A DNA stretch of 64,000 nucleotides from Candidatus Nanopelagicales bacterium (GCA_018402235.1 JAGYJJ010000004.1:329256-393255), one strand, 5' to 3'. Counted from the first letter of the stretch, positions 1 through 10,406 are shown. Notes: generated by a model from the sequence alone, not told the origin. Made by a program: numbers and translations.

Positions 1-568
1 ATGCATCGGCGCTGAGAGCGATGGTGGTCCATTCCGCAGCCTGAACGGCCTGAACCGCCTGCTGCGCAGTGGCCACCTGAACGACCGGGATTCGAAATAT
101 CGATCCCGCCGTAGCGCGAACCACTTTGGGATTCCACACGTCCACAGAGCCGCTGGTAGTGATCACGCCACTAGCCCCTACTGCCTCGGCAGTTCGAACA
201 ATGGTTCCCAGATTGCCAGGGTCAGCCAGTCGGTCACAGATGACGATCGGTCCACTGCCGGATAAGGCATCAGCGATCGTCCACCCCGGGATTGCGCACT
301 CGGCCACTACGCCCTGGGGGGTCTTGGCATCACAGATAGCCGCAATCACTCGATCCTCAGCATCGTGGAGGTCGTATCCCGACGCTGCTGCACGCTGACC
401 CAAGGGGTGAGCAGGTACGGCAACGACCTCACGGACCCAGCCGGCAGCTATGGCCGCTGCAACGCAATCGGGACCTTCCGCAAGGAAGGTCCCGGATTGC
501 TGTCGTCCTTTGCGCTCACGCAGTCGCCGCAACCGGGCGACGTGCGGTGAACGCGTGCTGGTCAGCAC
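1..568 (-). CDS. TrmH/SpoU-family RNA methyltransferase, 3' end beyond window edge
   Basis: Not in the ORF track because it runs off the window. My translation of the minus strand from GTG at 568-566 gives VLTSTRSPHVARLRRLRERKGRQQSGTFLAEGPDCV...ICDRLADPGNLGTIVRTAEAVGASGVITTSGSVDVWNPKVVRATAGSIF, which carries SpoU-type methylase motifs. It sits in the conserved position after rplT. Confidence 0.75.
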   Translation of the reverse strand, partial: MLTSTRSPHVARLRRLRERKGRQQSGTFLAEGPDCVAAAIAAGWVREVVAVPAHPLGQRAAASGYDLHDAEDRVIAAICDAKTPQGVVAECAIPGWTIADALSGSGPIVICDRLADPGNLGTIVRTAEAVGASGVITTSGSVDVWNPKVVRATAGSIFRIPVVQVATAQQAVQAVQAAEWTTIALSADA

Positions 569-583
569 GTTCGGCCGCGATCG

Positions 584-952
584 TCAGGAGGCTGTTGCCG
601 GCAACGCCCCGCGAGCGACGTCGACGAGAACGGTGAACGCTGCTGGATCGTTGACGGCAAGCTCAGCCAGCATGCGCCGATCCACGTCGACCTCGGCGGC
701 CTTGAGCCCCTGGATGAATCGGTTGTAGGTCATCCCATTGGCGCGAGCAGCAGCATTGATCCGCTGGATCCACAGCCGGCGGAAGTCGCCCTTTCGGGTG
801 CGACGGTCCGCGTAGGCATAGACCATCGAGTGCGTGACCTGTTCCTTGGCCTTCCGGTACAACCGCGAACGCTGACCCCGGTAGCCGGAGGCGCGCTCGA
901 GGATCTCGCGGCGCTTCTTTTGCGCATTAACTGATCGCTTAACGCGTGCCAT
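584..952 (-). CDS. rplT: 50S ribosomal protein L20
   Basis: 122-aa [42 protein letters not shown]... is typical bL20. It follows rpmI and infC. Confidence 0.97.
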   Translation of the reverse strand: MARVKRSVNAQKKRREILERASGYRGQRSRLYRKAKEQVTHSMVYAYADRRTRKGDFRRLWIQRINAAARANGMTYNRFIQGLKAAEVDVDRRMLAELAVNDPAAFTVLVDVARGALPATAS

Positions 953-994
953 GACGTGCTCCTTGTTCCTCTTCGCGAAATTCTTCGACTGCTG

Positions 995-1189
995 TTAGCG
1001 GCCGAGAAGCTTGTTGACCTTCTTGGTATCCGCCTTGGAGACGGGTTCGTCGGCCATCAGGCGACGGGTGCGCTTACTGGACTTGCTCTCCATGAGGTGG
1101 CGCCTATTCGCCTGCTCGTGGGTGAGCTTGCCCGACCCGGTTACCTTGAACCGCTTCTTCGCACCGCTGTGCGTCTTCTGCTTCGGCAC
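995..1189 (-). CDS. rpmI: 50S ribosomal protein L35
   Basis: The ORF contains [30 protein letters not shown] (bL35). Start placed at the in-frame GTG (VPKQK) at 1189 rather than the longest start at 1213. Confidence 0.92.
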   Translation of the reverse strand: MPKQKTHSGAKKRFKVTGSGKLTHEQANRRHLMESKSSKRTRRLMADEPVSKADTKKVNKLLGR

Positions 1190-1268
1190 GTTGGCCTCCC
1201 TATCAATCAGCACGCAATCCCTACTTGCATTACGTGCTCGTGCGTGTGGTGCAGGTCTGTGTGTCTAC

Positions 1269-1850
1269 CTAGGCGGTATCCCGCTCAGCTTCGTCTATTT
1301 CAGAACGTTCGGCTTTCGCCTTACGCACGACATCTGACTTTCGCTTATGCGGGGCAAGCACCATCAGCATGTTGCGTCCGTCCTGCTTGGGCGTCGCCTC
1401 GACGAAGCCGAGCTCCTCGACATCCTCCGCAAGCTTTGCCAAGAGGCGCAGCCCAAGTTCAGGTCTGCTTTGCTCGCGTCCGCGGAACATGATCGTGATC
1501 TTGACCTTGTCCCCCGCATTCAAAAACCGCTCCACGTGACCCTTCTTCGTTTCGTAGTCGTGTGGATCGATCTTGGGACGAAGCTTCATCTCCTTGATGA
1601 CGGTATGCGTCTGGTTCCGCCGGGATTCGCGTTCCTTGAGTGCTGCCTCGTACTTGAACTTGCCGAAGTCCATGAGCTTGCACACCGGCGGCTTGGCCAT
1701 CGGTGCGACCTCGACGAGGTCAAGGTCGGCCTCGACCGCGAGCCGCAGTGCGTCCTCGATGCGGACGATGCCTACCTGCTCACCGTTCGGTCCGACCAGA
1801 CGTACCTCGGGTACGCGAATCCGGTCGTTGATCCGGGGTTCGACGCTGAT
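1269..1850 (-). CDS. infC: translation initiation factor IF-3, ATC start
   Basis: The ORF track begins at the internal ATG at 1700 ([18 protein letters not shown]). The IF3 N-domain [50 protein letters not shown] continues upstream in frame with no ATG, GTG or TTG. ATC at 1850-1848 lies 4 nt after AAGGAGG. Confidence 0.85.
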   Translation of the reverse strand: MSVEPRINDRIRVPEVRLVGPNGEQVGIVRIEDALRLAVEADLDLVEVAPMAKPPVCKLMDFGKFKYEAALKERESRRNQTHTVIKEMKLRPKIDPHDYETKKGHVERFLNAGDKVKITIMFRGREQSRPELGLRLLAKLAEDVEELGFVEATPKQDGRNMLMVLAPHKRKSDVVRKAKAERSEIDEAERDTA

Positions 1851-2080
1851 GGCGCCTCCTTGCGTGCCGTATCGAACTGCCGAGGCGGTTGCCTCAGCCG
1901 TCTACCGTGGCGCGAAGACGACGAAACCTCCGCTGCAGCGCAGGCGGAGGTCCGAATGCGGCAGCCGCGAAGGCCACCGTCAGGACCCGAACGATCATGC
2001 GATCGTCAGGTGGGGGCCGGAACCCCGCTTGCGCCGTCCCAGGTCACCCCAGAACGTGTGGAGGTGCAAGGGTAGCAGCC

Positions 2081-2443
2081 GTGAATACGAATCCCTCCCC
2101 GGCCGCTGGCTCTCCTGAAGTCCCGGATATTGGTGACATCCCCGCTGTGGAGGTGGTCCTCACCGTCGCCATGCACCTGATGACGGCGTCGGCAGTGGCG
2201 TGTGGATTGACGATGAACGACGACGGCACCGCGCGCGAACCCGATCTGGCCGAGGCGCGCATCTTGATCAATGCGCTCGCTGCCTTGGTCACGGCATCTG
2301 CTCCAGATCTGGGTTCGGTGCACGCAGCCCCTTTACGCGATGGCCTGACGGCGGTGCAGCGAGCATTCCGTGAAGCAAGCGCCATGCCCGACAGTCCAGG
2401 CAATGGACCGGGCGAGAAGTGGACCGGTCCGATAGTGACCTGA
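2081..2443 (+). CDS. DUF1844 domain-containing protein
   Basis: The C-terminal 120 aa of the 184-aa ORF (VVLTVAMHLMTASAVACGLTMNDDG..PDLAEARILINALAALV..LRDGLTAVQRAF) resemble the DUF1844 family that flanks infC in Actinobacteria. Start set at the in-frame GTG at 2081 and is uncertain. Confidence 0.65.
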   Translation: MNTNPSPAAGSPEVPDIGDIPAVEVVLTVAMHLMTASAVACGLTMNDDGTAREPDLAEARILINALAALVTASAPDLGSVHAAPLRDGLTAVQRAFREASAMPDSPGNGPGEKWTGPIVT

Positions 2444-2446
2444 CGG

Positions 2447-3079
2447 TTACCCGTCCAGCACTTCTACGCCTTCCGGAACCAGAGCCAAGATGCGAGCCGT
2501 GACGGAGGACGCCAGATCCTCCGACACGATGGAAGCGTCGCTCGGCGTCACCTGCAGGCGCTCGCCAACCTTGATAACGCGAACTTTTTCTTCACCGAAT
2601 CGTTCGGTGAGAATTCGGGTAGCAACATTGCGAGCATGCTCCCACCGATCGAGACCAGCAAGAACGACGAGATCCGCTTCAGGAACCACCTGCATACGCG
2701 GGCCGGCAACATCGAGGACGAGGGCCTCGCAGTCGTCATCGATGGCAGCTCGCGCAGCATCGACCCCGGACACCGGTACCGGGCGCGCCGATGGATCCCA
2801 CGCGCGCAGCGCATCAATGCCAGTGAAAGCGAGCAGACCGCGACGCCCGTCCTTGGCGATCATCGACACCAGTGACATCTCGCTGGATTTGTCCACAGTC
2901 ACACCGTCGACCTCGGTCGTTTCGTCTGCCACCGCGACAACGGCTACGACGACTCGGCCGGCGCGAAGCGCAGTGGTGAGGGAAAACGAATCAATGGCCT
3001 CACGGATCGGCATGTCGGGTGATCCGTCGTCAGAGGCGAAACGTCGTGGGGCAGCGAGGGATCGTCCCTTGCCATCCAC
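2447..3079 (-). CDS. SseB family protein
   Basis: ORF with FASDDGSPD...RVVVAVVAV...GRRGLLAFTGIDALRAWDP... looks SseB-like. Start moved to GTG at 3079 to avoid overlapping the divergent MFS start. Start uncertain (3106 is possible). Confidence 0.65.
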   Translation of the reverse strand: MDGKGRSLAAPRRFASDDGSPDMPIREAIDSFSLTTALRAGRVVVAVVAVADETTEVDGVTVDKSSEMSLVSMIAKDGRRGLLAFTGIDALRAWDPSARPVPVSGVDAARAAIDDDCEALVLDVAGPRMQVVPEADLVVLAGLDRWEHARNVATRILTERFGEEKVRVIKVGERLQVTPSDASIVSEDLASSVTARILALVPEGVEVLDG

Positions 3080-3097
3080 GGGTTCAGATCCCTCCCC

Positions 3098-4348
3098 ATG
3101 AGTCACACCCGCAGCCTAAGCGGAACAATCACGCGGGTGAGCGCCACAGCATCGACCCCAGGTGCCTCGGGAACGGGTATCCCCGTGCGCTCAACCGCCG
3201 CCATTTTGTCGGTTGTCGTACTCGTTGCCCTAAACCTTCGCCTGGCGCTCTCGAGCTTGCCAGCGGTCGCCACCTCCATTCAAAGCGAAACTGGGTGGAA
3301 TGACGCTTTTATTGGAGCTCTTACAACTGTGCCGGTGTTGGCGATGGGTGTTTTCGCGCTCGGCGTTCCCGCACTAGCCGAGCGCATAGGTCGGAGATCA
3401 GCGGTGAGTTTGGCGTTGGCGACGATGGCCATCGCATTACTGCTCCGACTGGCCGGAGCCGTGGCCGTCACCCTGTTCCTCTCCGCGCTGCTGGCAGGCC
3501 TCGCAATCGCCATCATCGGCGGCTTGGTACCAGGCATCGTGCGTGAGCAACTCGCCGGATCCATGGGAACCGCAACCGGATTGTGGACTGCAGCCCTCAT
3601 GGGCGGTGCCGCATTGGGAGCAGCCGCAACCCTTCCGCTCGCCGAGTTGTTTGGCCACTGGAACATCGCGTTGGCCTTTTGGGCGCTTCCAGCGATCATT
3701 GGCCTGATCGCATGGAGCGCCTTGGAAAAGGGCGGAGCAGCTCACGATCGACCGCCCACGTTGGTCCACATTCGCGACCTTCCATGGAGAAGCCCTGTGG
3801 CCTGGTCATTGACTGCCTTCATGGCCGTCAATTCCATTGTGTTCTACAGCGCGCTTGCATGGATTGCCCCGTCATATGAGGAGAGGGGCTACTCAGCGCA
3901 GACAGCCGGCTTCTTTTTTGGAGTTTTCACGGCAACTCAGGTTGTTGCTGCTCTCATTCTTCCTCGCTGGTCACATCGCACCCGATACCGACGCTCGCTA
4001 TTTAGCGCAACCGTCATCGGCTGCGTCGTATCCCTTTTACTCATCGCCTTCTTGCCCACGTTTGCCCCCGCATTCGTCCTCGCAGTTTTTGCCTTTTGCT
4101 TAAGCGGCGGCTTTGCGATGTCACTCGGCCTACTTAGCGATTACGCCTCCGATGCAGCGAGTTCGGCCCGTCTCACCGCGATGGCATTTGGTATCACCTA
4201 CACGGTCGCTGCAACCGGACCATTCATTGCTGGGGTCCTTATGGACACTTTCGGTTCATGGTCCTTGGTTTTTGCAATCCTCGCGGGCGTCACTGTGTTT
4301 CAGCTGGGCACAGTGCCATTACTGAAGCAGGGAATGCGCGTTGATTAG
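3098..4348 (+). CDS. MFS transporter (CynX/NimT-like)
   Basis: 416-aa ORF with about 12 hydrophobic segments and the typical MFS loop RIGRR after TM2. An alternative start is GTG at 3137. Confidence 0.8.
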   Translation: MSHTRSLSGTITRVSATASTPGASGTGIPVRSTAAILSVVVLVALNLRLALSSLPAVATSIQSETGWNDAFIGALTTVPVLAMGVFALGVPALAERIGRRSAVSLALATMAIALLLRLAGAVAVTLFLSALLAGLAIAIIGGLVPGIVREQLAGSMGTATGLWTAALMGGAALGAAATLPLAELFGHWNIALAFWALPAIIGLIAWSALEKGGAAHDRPPTLVHIRDLPWRSPVAWSLTAFMAVNSIVFYSALAWIAPSYEERGYSAQTAGFFFGVFTATQVVAALILPRWSHRTRYRRSLFSATVIGCVVSLLLIAFLPTFAPAFVLAVFAFCLSGGFAMSLGLLSDYASDAASSARLTAMAFGITYTVAATGPFIAGVLMDTFGSWSLVFAILAGVTVFQLGTVPLLKQGMRVD

Positions 4349-5205
4349 AGCCGGCACGCGTGGATATCCGTGACCAGGATTCCCCGGGCGCCGAGTTCAT
4401 AGAGTTCGTCCATGATCCGGTGCACATCCTGCGCCGGGACCATCGCGCGAACCGCTGACCAGGCTTGATCGTGCAGCGGCGACACGGTGGGTGATTCGAT
4501 ACCTGGCGTGACGGTACATGCATGATCAAGGCGATCGTTGGGGATGTCGTAATCCACAAGGACGTATGAGCGGGCAACCATCACACCATGTAGGCGGCGC
4601 AAAAAGGTCTGCACCGCTGGCGTTTCGTGTCCCGGATCCCCATGGCGCGAGATGACGATTGCTTCGGACTGCAAAATTGGCTCGCCTATCACTTCTAGGC
4701 CGGCTTGGCGAAGCGTAGTTCCTGTTGCGACCACATCAGCTACTGCATCAGCCACACCTAGAGCCACCGCGTTCTCGACGGCACCATCGAGGCGTACAAC
4801 CCTTGCCTCGATTCGGTTCTCCTCCAGCCACCGGCCTAACAGTCCTGAATAGGACGTGGCGATGCGCTGTCCGTTCAGATCCTGCACATGGGTGGCGCTT
4901 CCCGTCGGAACGGCCAGCCGGAATGTCGATGGCGCAAACCCCAGAGCCACCCGCTCGACGGCATCGGCTCCCGAGTCCAGCAGCATGTCCCGGCCCGTGA
5001 TGCCAAGATCCAGCGTCCCCTCCCCCACGTAAATCGCGACATCCTTGGGTCGCAAAAAGAAGAACTCAACGTCGTTCTCCGGATCGTGCACCACAAGATC
5101 ACGCAATCCTGCATTCTTGAGATACCCCGCTTCGCTGAGCATCGCACGGGCAGGATCGGCTAATTGCCCCTTGTTCGGAACTGCCACGCGCAAAGTGGTC
5201 ATCAA
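4345..5205 (-). CDS. hisG: ATP phosphoribosyltransferase (long form)
   Basis: 286 aa, [28 protein letters not shown]...[27 protein letters not shown] overlap with the hisE stop. Confidence 0.95.
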   Translation of the reverse strand: MMTTLRVAVPNKGQLADPARAMLSEAGYLKNAGLRDLVVHDPENDVEFFFLRPKDVAIYVGEGTLDLGITGRDMLLDSGADAVERVALGFAPSTFRLAVPTGSATHVQDLNGQRIATSYSGLLGRWLEENRIEARVVRLDGAVENAVALGVADAVADVVATGTTLRQAGLEVIGEPILQSEAIVISRHGDPGHETPAVQTFLRRLHGVMVARSYVLVDYDIPNDRLDHACTVTPGIESPTVSPLHDQAWSAVRAMVPAQDVHRIMDELYELGARGILVTDIHACRL

Positions 5206-5465
5206 AGCCTCCGATAAACGTCTTCAAGGCTCACACCTGCGGCAAGCATCATGACCTGAACGTGATAAAGCAGTTGAGCAATCTCTTCAGCCGTTCGTTC
5301 CGGACCCTCGTGCTCGGCCGCCATCCATACTTCCGCGGCCTCTTCCACCACCTTCTTGCCCACCGCGTGCACACCCGTGGAAAGGAGCGCCACTGTTCCG
5401 GATTCTGGATCGGACACAGCAACCTTTTTTCGAAGCTCGCTGTAAAGGTCCTCGAAGTTCTTCAC
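5202..5465 (-). CDS. hisE: phosphoribosyl-ATP pyrophosphatase
   Basis: 87 aa, [51 protein letters not shown], typical HisE. Confidence 0.93.
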   Translation of the reverse strand: MKNFEDLYSELRKKVAVSDPESGTVALLSTGVHAVGKKVVEEAAEVWMAAEHEGPERTAEEIAQLLYHVQVMMLAAGVSLEDVYRRL

Positions 5466-5475
5466 GACCCAGAGC

Positions 5476-5958
5476 CTAAGTGTTGGACTCCCGAAGCGAT
5501 GCCAGCGTTCGAGCCGTGTTCAGGGCACTAGCCATCGCCTCTGCCCCTTTGTCCTCCTGGGAGCCGGGTAATCCGGCTCGGTCGAGCGCCTGTTGCTCGT
5601 TGTCGCAGGTCAAAACACCGAAGCCAACGGCGATGCGATAGTCCTGCGCAACGCGTACGAGACCCTCGGTAGCGGCCGAACACACATACTCGAAGTGCGG
5701 AGTTCCCCCTCGAATCACAACCCCCAGGGCAACGATCGCGTCGAAACGGCCCGAAACTGCACACTCAGCAGCAACAACCGGGAGCTCGAAGGATCCTGGG
5801 ACTGCGAACTCCTCAACGTGCGCCCCAGCTGCCACAGCGGCTGCTCGAGCGCCACCGATGAGGCCGTCCATGACCTGCTGGTGCCACGATGCCGTCACGA
5901 GCGCCACCCGCGCACCCGAGACATCCACCGAAAGATCAGGGGCTCCAGCGCCACTCAT
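5476..5958 (-). CDS. ribH: 6,7-dimethyl-8-ribityllumazine synthase
   Basis: 160 aa, ...[16 protein letters not shown]...VPGSFELPV...[20 protein letters not shown] overlap with the ribBA stop. Confidence 0.95.
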   Translation of the reverse strand: MSGAGAPDLSVDVSGARVALVTASWHQQVMDGLIGGARAAAVAAGAHVEEFAVPGSFELPVVAAECAVSGRFDAIVALGVVIRGGTPHFEYVCSAATEGLVRVAQDYRIAVGFGVLTCDNEQQALDRAGLPGSQEDKGAEAMASALNTARTLASLRESNT

Positions 5959-7288
5959 GGGTTAACTTCCTTTTCGGCATCGGGCTCATAGGCATGACCC
6001 ATCCGCGCGGCCTTAGTATCCAAGTAGGAAACGTTGTGCACGTTGGGATCGATCACTAAAGGCACCCGTTCGACAATCGACAATCCGTAGCCTTCCAACC
6101 CTGCTCGCTTAGCCGGATTATTTGTGAGCAGACGCATCGACCGCACCCCCAGATCAGCGAGAATCTGAGCACCTGTTCCATAGTCGCGCGCATCCACCGG
6201 CAGCCCAAGTTCGACGTTCGCGTCCACGGTGTCGCGCCCCTCATCCTGCAATGCATAGGCGCGCAGTTTGTCGAGTAGTCCGATACCGCGACCTTCATGT
6301 CCGCGCACGTATAGCACCACTCCACGACCTTCTGCCGCGACCTGACCCATGGCGGCATGCAATTGCGGCCCACAGTCACAGCGACGGGAACCGAAAACAT
6401 CACCCGTCAGACATTCAGAGTGCACACGGACCAGCACATCATCGCCGTCGGCCTAGATCGCCAACCACCAATCGCAACGTGTTCTATCCCATCTATCTCG
6501 TTGCGATAGGCCACGGCTCGAAAGTCTCCAAACTCCGTAGGCAAGGGGACTTCGACAATGCGCGTTACGTGCGATTCACTACGACGCCGGAAACGAATGA
6601 GATCTGCTATCGAGATGAGCACCAGTCCGTGCTCGTCGCAGAAGTCGCGACATTGAGCTGCGTTCATCATCGTGCCGTCGTCGTTGACCATTTCGCATAA
6701 TGCACCGGCCGAGGGAAGTCCTGCGAGCCTCGCAAGATCGACTGCAGCTTCAGTGTGGCCAGCGCGGCGTAAAACCCCACCTTCCACCGAGCGAAGTGGT
6801 ACCACGTGACCAGGTCGCGTCAACTCCCATGGTTCGGTGGCCGAGTCGGCCAAAACCTTGATGGTTCTGGCTCGATCCTTGGCTGAGATGCCCGTCGTCT
6901 CCACATCCTTCGCGTCGACAGTGACGGCGTAGGCAGTTCCCCGACGATCTTCGTTGACCACGGCCATAGGAGGTAGCTCGAGGCGATCGAGGTCAGTTCC
7001 GGTCATACCAACGCAGATATAACCCGAAGTGTGGCGGATCATGAAAGCGGTCAGTTCCGGAGTAGCTAGCGATGCCGCGAAAATCAGATCCCCTTCGTTC
7101 TCACGATTTTCATCATCAATAACCACGATGGGTCGACCTGCACGCAGTTGCTCCACCGCCTGATCAATGGTGTTGAGCGGTACTCCCTGGGGCGAGGAAG
7201 CCGGAATCGGCTCAACCGAGGCTGCTGGCTCAGGTAGCAAAAGCGCAGCATCGTCCTGCGATGCGAACAACTCATCGGCAGGGATCAT
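5955..7288 (-). pseudogene. ribBA: bifunctional DHBP synthase / GTP cyclohydrolase II, frameshifted (two +1 insertions near 6450-6469)
   Basis: ORF 6407..7288 carries the RibB domain and the start of RibA, then derails ([18 protein letters not shown]...*). ORF 5955..6437 resumes at (ADGDD)[23 protein letters not shown]. The third frame between them reads LVVGDLG. Confidence 0.88.
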
Positions 7289-7872
7289 CGCGCAACCAAT
7301 TTCTCGACGTACTTAGCTAGAACATCCACTTCGATATTGACAACATCGCCAACGTTACGCATGCCCAAGGTGGTGTCGGTCAACGTAGTGGGGATCAACG
7401 ACACCGTGAAACTCCCGTCATCGACTGACACGACCGTCAAAGATACGCCGTCGACTGTGATCGAGCCCTTTTCCACGATGTAGCGGGTAAGTTCACGAGG
7501 CACGCCGATACTGATGATCGTCCATCGCTCCTCTGGTCTTACGTAGGCGATCACGCCCACGCCATCCACGTGCCCTTGGACGATGTGTCCGCCCAATCGG
7601 CCATCGACCCTGGCCGCGCGTTCAAGATTGACCGAATCTCCATCACTGAGGCTACGTAATGACGTGCGCTCGAGGGTCTCTCGCATGACATCTGCTTCGA
7701 ACCAGCCCTCGCCATGGTCTGCCACGGTGAGGCATATCCCGTTCACGCTGATCGATGCGCCATGAGTCGCATCGGACACGACAGTCGGGGCGATAATGCG
7801 AATGCGAAGAGCATCCACGTGATCAGTCACGGAGTCGATTGCACCCTTCTCCTCCACGATGCCGGTGAACAT
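7285..7872 (-). CDS. ribE: riboflavin synthase alpha chain
   Basis: 195 aa, [15 protein letters not shown]...[11 protein letters not shown]...[12 protein letters not shown], the internal duplication typical of riboflavin synthase. Confidence 0.94.
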   Translation of the reverse strand: MFTGIVEEKGAIDSVTDHVDALRIRIIAPTVVSDATHGASISVNGICLTVADHGEGWFEADVMRETLERTSLRSLSDGDSVNLERAARVDGRLGGHIVQGHVDGVGVIAYVRPEERWTIISIGVPRELTRYIVEKGSITVDGVSLTVVSVDDGSFTVSLIPTTLTDTTLGMRNVGDVVNIEVDVLAKYVEKLVAR

Positions 7873-8872
7873 CAGGCCGCCTCACCCGAGAGAATCATTC
7901 GCATGAGGACATCTTGGCCGAGAGCCTTGGCCTCAACCACGGTGGCCGGCAAATTTAGCCGGGGGCCTTCCGGCAGCGCCCGGGGTCCAGCTCCGATCCA
8001 GACACCAGCAACAAGCCAGACCAACTCATCCACAAGCCCCGTCTCCAAGAAGGCCCGAAGCAAGGTGGGGCCACCCTCGAGCAGCACATGTCGGCTCCCG
8101 AGTGCGTACAGCTCAGCAAGTACGGCGCTCGGATCGTGGTCGCGAATCTGGGTGAAGGGAGCCGATGCATCCAAGGTCCGCGCATCCGCTGGAAGTTCCC
8201 GCTTACCCACCACAACGCGCCGGGGTTGGCCGGTCACCGGCACGTCGGCGTGACGAACCGTTAATTGTGGGTTGTCGTTGATGACCGTCTGGGTACCAAC
8301 AACGATCGCCTGTACTCGGGCACGCAACTCATGTGAATAGCGACTTGCCTCCGAGCCCGTAAGTGCCACCGGTCGTCCACCTGGTCCTGCGACTCTGCCA
8401 TCGAGGCTCACAGCGCACTTAGCCGTGACGAAGGGGCGTCCTCGAGTAGCCGCGATGGACCACTCACGATTGATGACACACGCCTGAGCTTCTCGAACTC
8501 CCCCCAACACTTCGATTTGGCCAGCACGCAGGTCCTGCGCCCCTCCCCCTGCCCTTTCCGTCGGGTCTGCTTGCGCGAAGACGACTCGAGCGATTCCAGC
8601 GTCGATCAGCGCTCGCGAACACGGACCGGTTCGTCCGTGGTGCCGGCACGGCTCCAAGGTGACCACCGCCGTAGCACCAAGCGCTCGATCGCCAGCCTGG
8701 CGAAGCGCGACTACTTCCGCATGTGGTGTTCCGGCGCCGGCATGCCACCCCTCACCAACAACGTGGCCCTGCTCGTCCACGATCAGACAGCCCACACGGG
8801 GTTGACACCCCGTGGCGCCAGGGGCTGAATCGCCAGCAACAGCGCTCGATCCATCAGCGCTTCCCAGTCCAT
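7872..8872 (-). pseudogene. ribD: bifunctional riboflavin deaminase/reductase RibD, N-terminal frameshift at 8798-8801
   Basis: The main ORF starts inside the deaminase domain (V/M)GCLIVDEQGHVVGEGWH..HAEVVAL..LEPCRHHGRTGPC. The missing N-terminus MDWEALMDRALLLAIQPLAPRGVNP lies upstream in another frame from ATG 8872. The junction is a run of 4 C (minus strand) where 5 would restore NP-RVGCLIVD. Confidence 0.85.
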
Positions 8873-8894
8873 CACCGGCTCGTCCCGAGGGTTC

Positions 8895-9560
8895 TCACGC
8901 ATGCGCCGCGATGGATCGTAAAGACTCAACCATGGCAGCTGGGTCGGCTGCTCGAAAGACCGCCGAACCAGCTACGAATACATTCGCGCCTGCCTCGGCA
9001 CACAGAGCGATCGTGTCCGGGCCGACTCCCCCATCGACCTGAACCCAAACATCGCCCTCCGCCCGATCGGCAAGTCGCCGGGCTCGAGTGACCTTTTCGA
9101 GCATTTCTGCCATGAAGGATTGCCCCCCGAAACCTGGTTCCACCGTCATTACCAAGATCATGTCCAACGCATCACCGAGCACATCGATCTCACCAAGATC
9201 AGTGCCCGGCTTAACGGCCACTCCGGCCCGCGCTCCAGCCTTGCGGATATCCGCGCAAACGCGAGCCGGGTCACGTGCAGCCTCAACATGAAACGTGACG
9301 CTGTAAGCACCGGCGCGCGCGTACGGCGGCGCCCATCGGTCGGGGTCATCAATCATCAAATGGCAATCCGCCCGAATGTCGCTGGACTGCAACAGCGACT
9401 CGATCACAGGAAGTCCGAAAGTCAAATTGGGAACGAAATGATTGTCCATGACATCTAGATGGATCATGTCGGCCACTGCGGCAATGGAATCCACCTGAGC
9501 ATGCAGCCGAGACAGGTCCGCGTTCAGCACGCTCGGTGAGATAAGCACATCCGACTCCAC
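8895..9560 (-). CDS. rpe: ribulose-phosphate 3-epimerase
   Basis: 221 aa, ISPSVLNADLSRLHAQV...IHLDVMDNHFVPNLTFG...VMTVEPGFGGQSF. Confidence 0.94.
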   Translation of the reverse strand: MESDVLISPSVLNADLSRLHAQVDSIAAVADMIHLDVMDNHFVPNLTFGLPVIESLLQSSDIRADCHLMIDDPDRWAPPYARAGAYSVTFHVEAARDPARVCADIRKAGARAGVAVKPGTDLGEIDVLGDALDMILVMTVEPGFGGQSFMAEMLEKVTRARRLADRAEGDVWVQVDGGVGPDTIALCAEAGANVFVAGSAVFRAADPAAMVESLRSIAAHA

Positions 9561-9617
9561 CCTCCCAGGCTAGCCCCGTGCGAATTCGCACGTGAGTACA
9601 AGACCTAGGGTGAGGCC

Positions 9618-10406
9618 GTGCATGACGATGCTGATATCGACGAACACTTCGAAGCGGCTACAGCCGTGGCGGTATCTGCCGGCAACCTCGCTTTGGAGTA
9701 TTTTGGTCGGGCTGCGAGCCTCACCGTGGAACACAAGGGTGCTCAGGATCTGGTAAGTGAAGCGGACCGCGAAACTGAACGGCACATCACACATGAACTG
9801 CTCGCCGCATTTCCCGACAATTCCTTCGTGGGAGAAGAGCACGGGCTCACACCGGGTTCCAAAGATGCGGGTACCTGGGTGGTCGATCCGATCGACGGAA
9901 CCCAGCCCTTTTTGCTCGGGTTACCCACGTGGTGCATCTCCATTGCCTACGTGCATTCCGACGCAGTGCAGATTGGCGTGGTCTACAACCCGGTTACGAA
10001 TGAGCTCTTCGCCGCCCGACGCGGGCATGGCGCGACGAAGAACGGCGTACCCATCCACGTGCGTGACGCACAAGCTCTCAGCGATGGAGTGACGGGTGTG
10101 GGGTGCTCACCCCGTACCCAGCCCGATGAACTAGCCGAGATTATGAGAAGGCTTCTGGGTGCGGGCGGCATGTATCAGCGAACCGGCTCAGGCGCTATCA
10201 ATCTCGCCTACGTAGCCGCGGGTCAGCACATTGGGTACGTCGAGATGTACATCCATGCCTGGGACTGTCTGGGTGCAGTGTGCTTGATCGAGGAGGCCGG
10301 CGGGGAGGTTTCCCCGTTCCTCGCTGACTACGGGGTCACGGGTGCTGGTCGTTTGATCGCAGGGGCGCCCGGCGTCTACGGCTCTCTTGCCGCCCTACTT
10401 CCCTAG
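9618..10406 (+). CDS. inositol monophosphatase family protein
   Basis: 262 aa with IMPase motifs: DLVSEADRETE, WVVDPIDGTQPF, WDCLGAVCLIEEAGG. Substrate is not inferable; SuhB, HisN or CysQ-like are all possible. Confidence 0.82.
   Translation: MHDDADIDEHFEAATAVAVSAGNLALEYFGRAASLTVEHKGAQDLVSEADRETERHITHELLAAFPDNSFVGEEHGLTPGSKDAGTWVVDPIDGTQPFLLGLPTWCISIAYVHSDAVQIGVVYNPVTNELFAARRGHGATKNGVPIHVRDAQALSDGVTGVGCSPRTQPDELAEIMRRLLGAGGMYQRTGSGAINLAYVAAGQHIGYVEMYIHAWDCLGAVCLIEEAGGEVSPFLADYGVTGAGRLIAGAPGVYGSLAALLP

Noticed and set aside
8873-8894. An FMN riboswitch before the rib operon and a SAM riboswitch before metK (16520-16581).
   Set aside because: The gaps are only 22 nt and 62 nt, too short for either aptamer, and the conserved cores were not seen.
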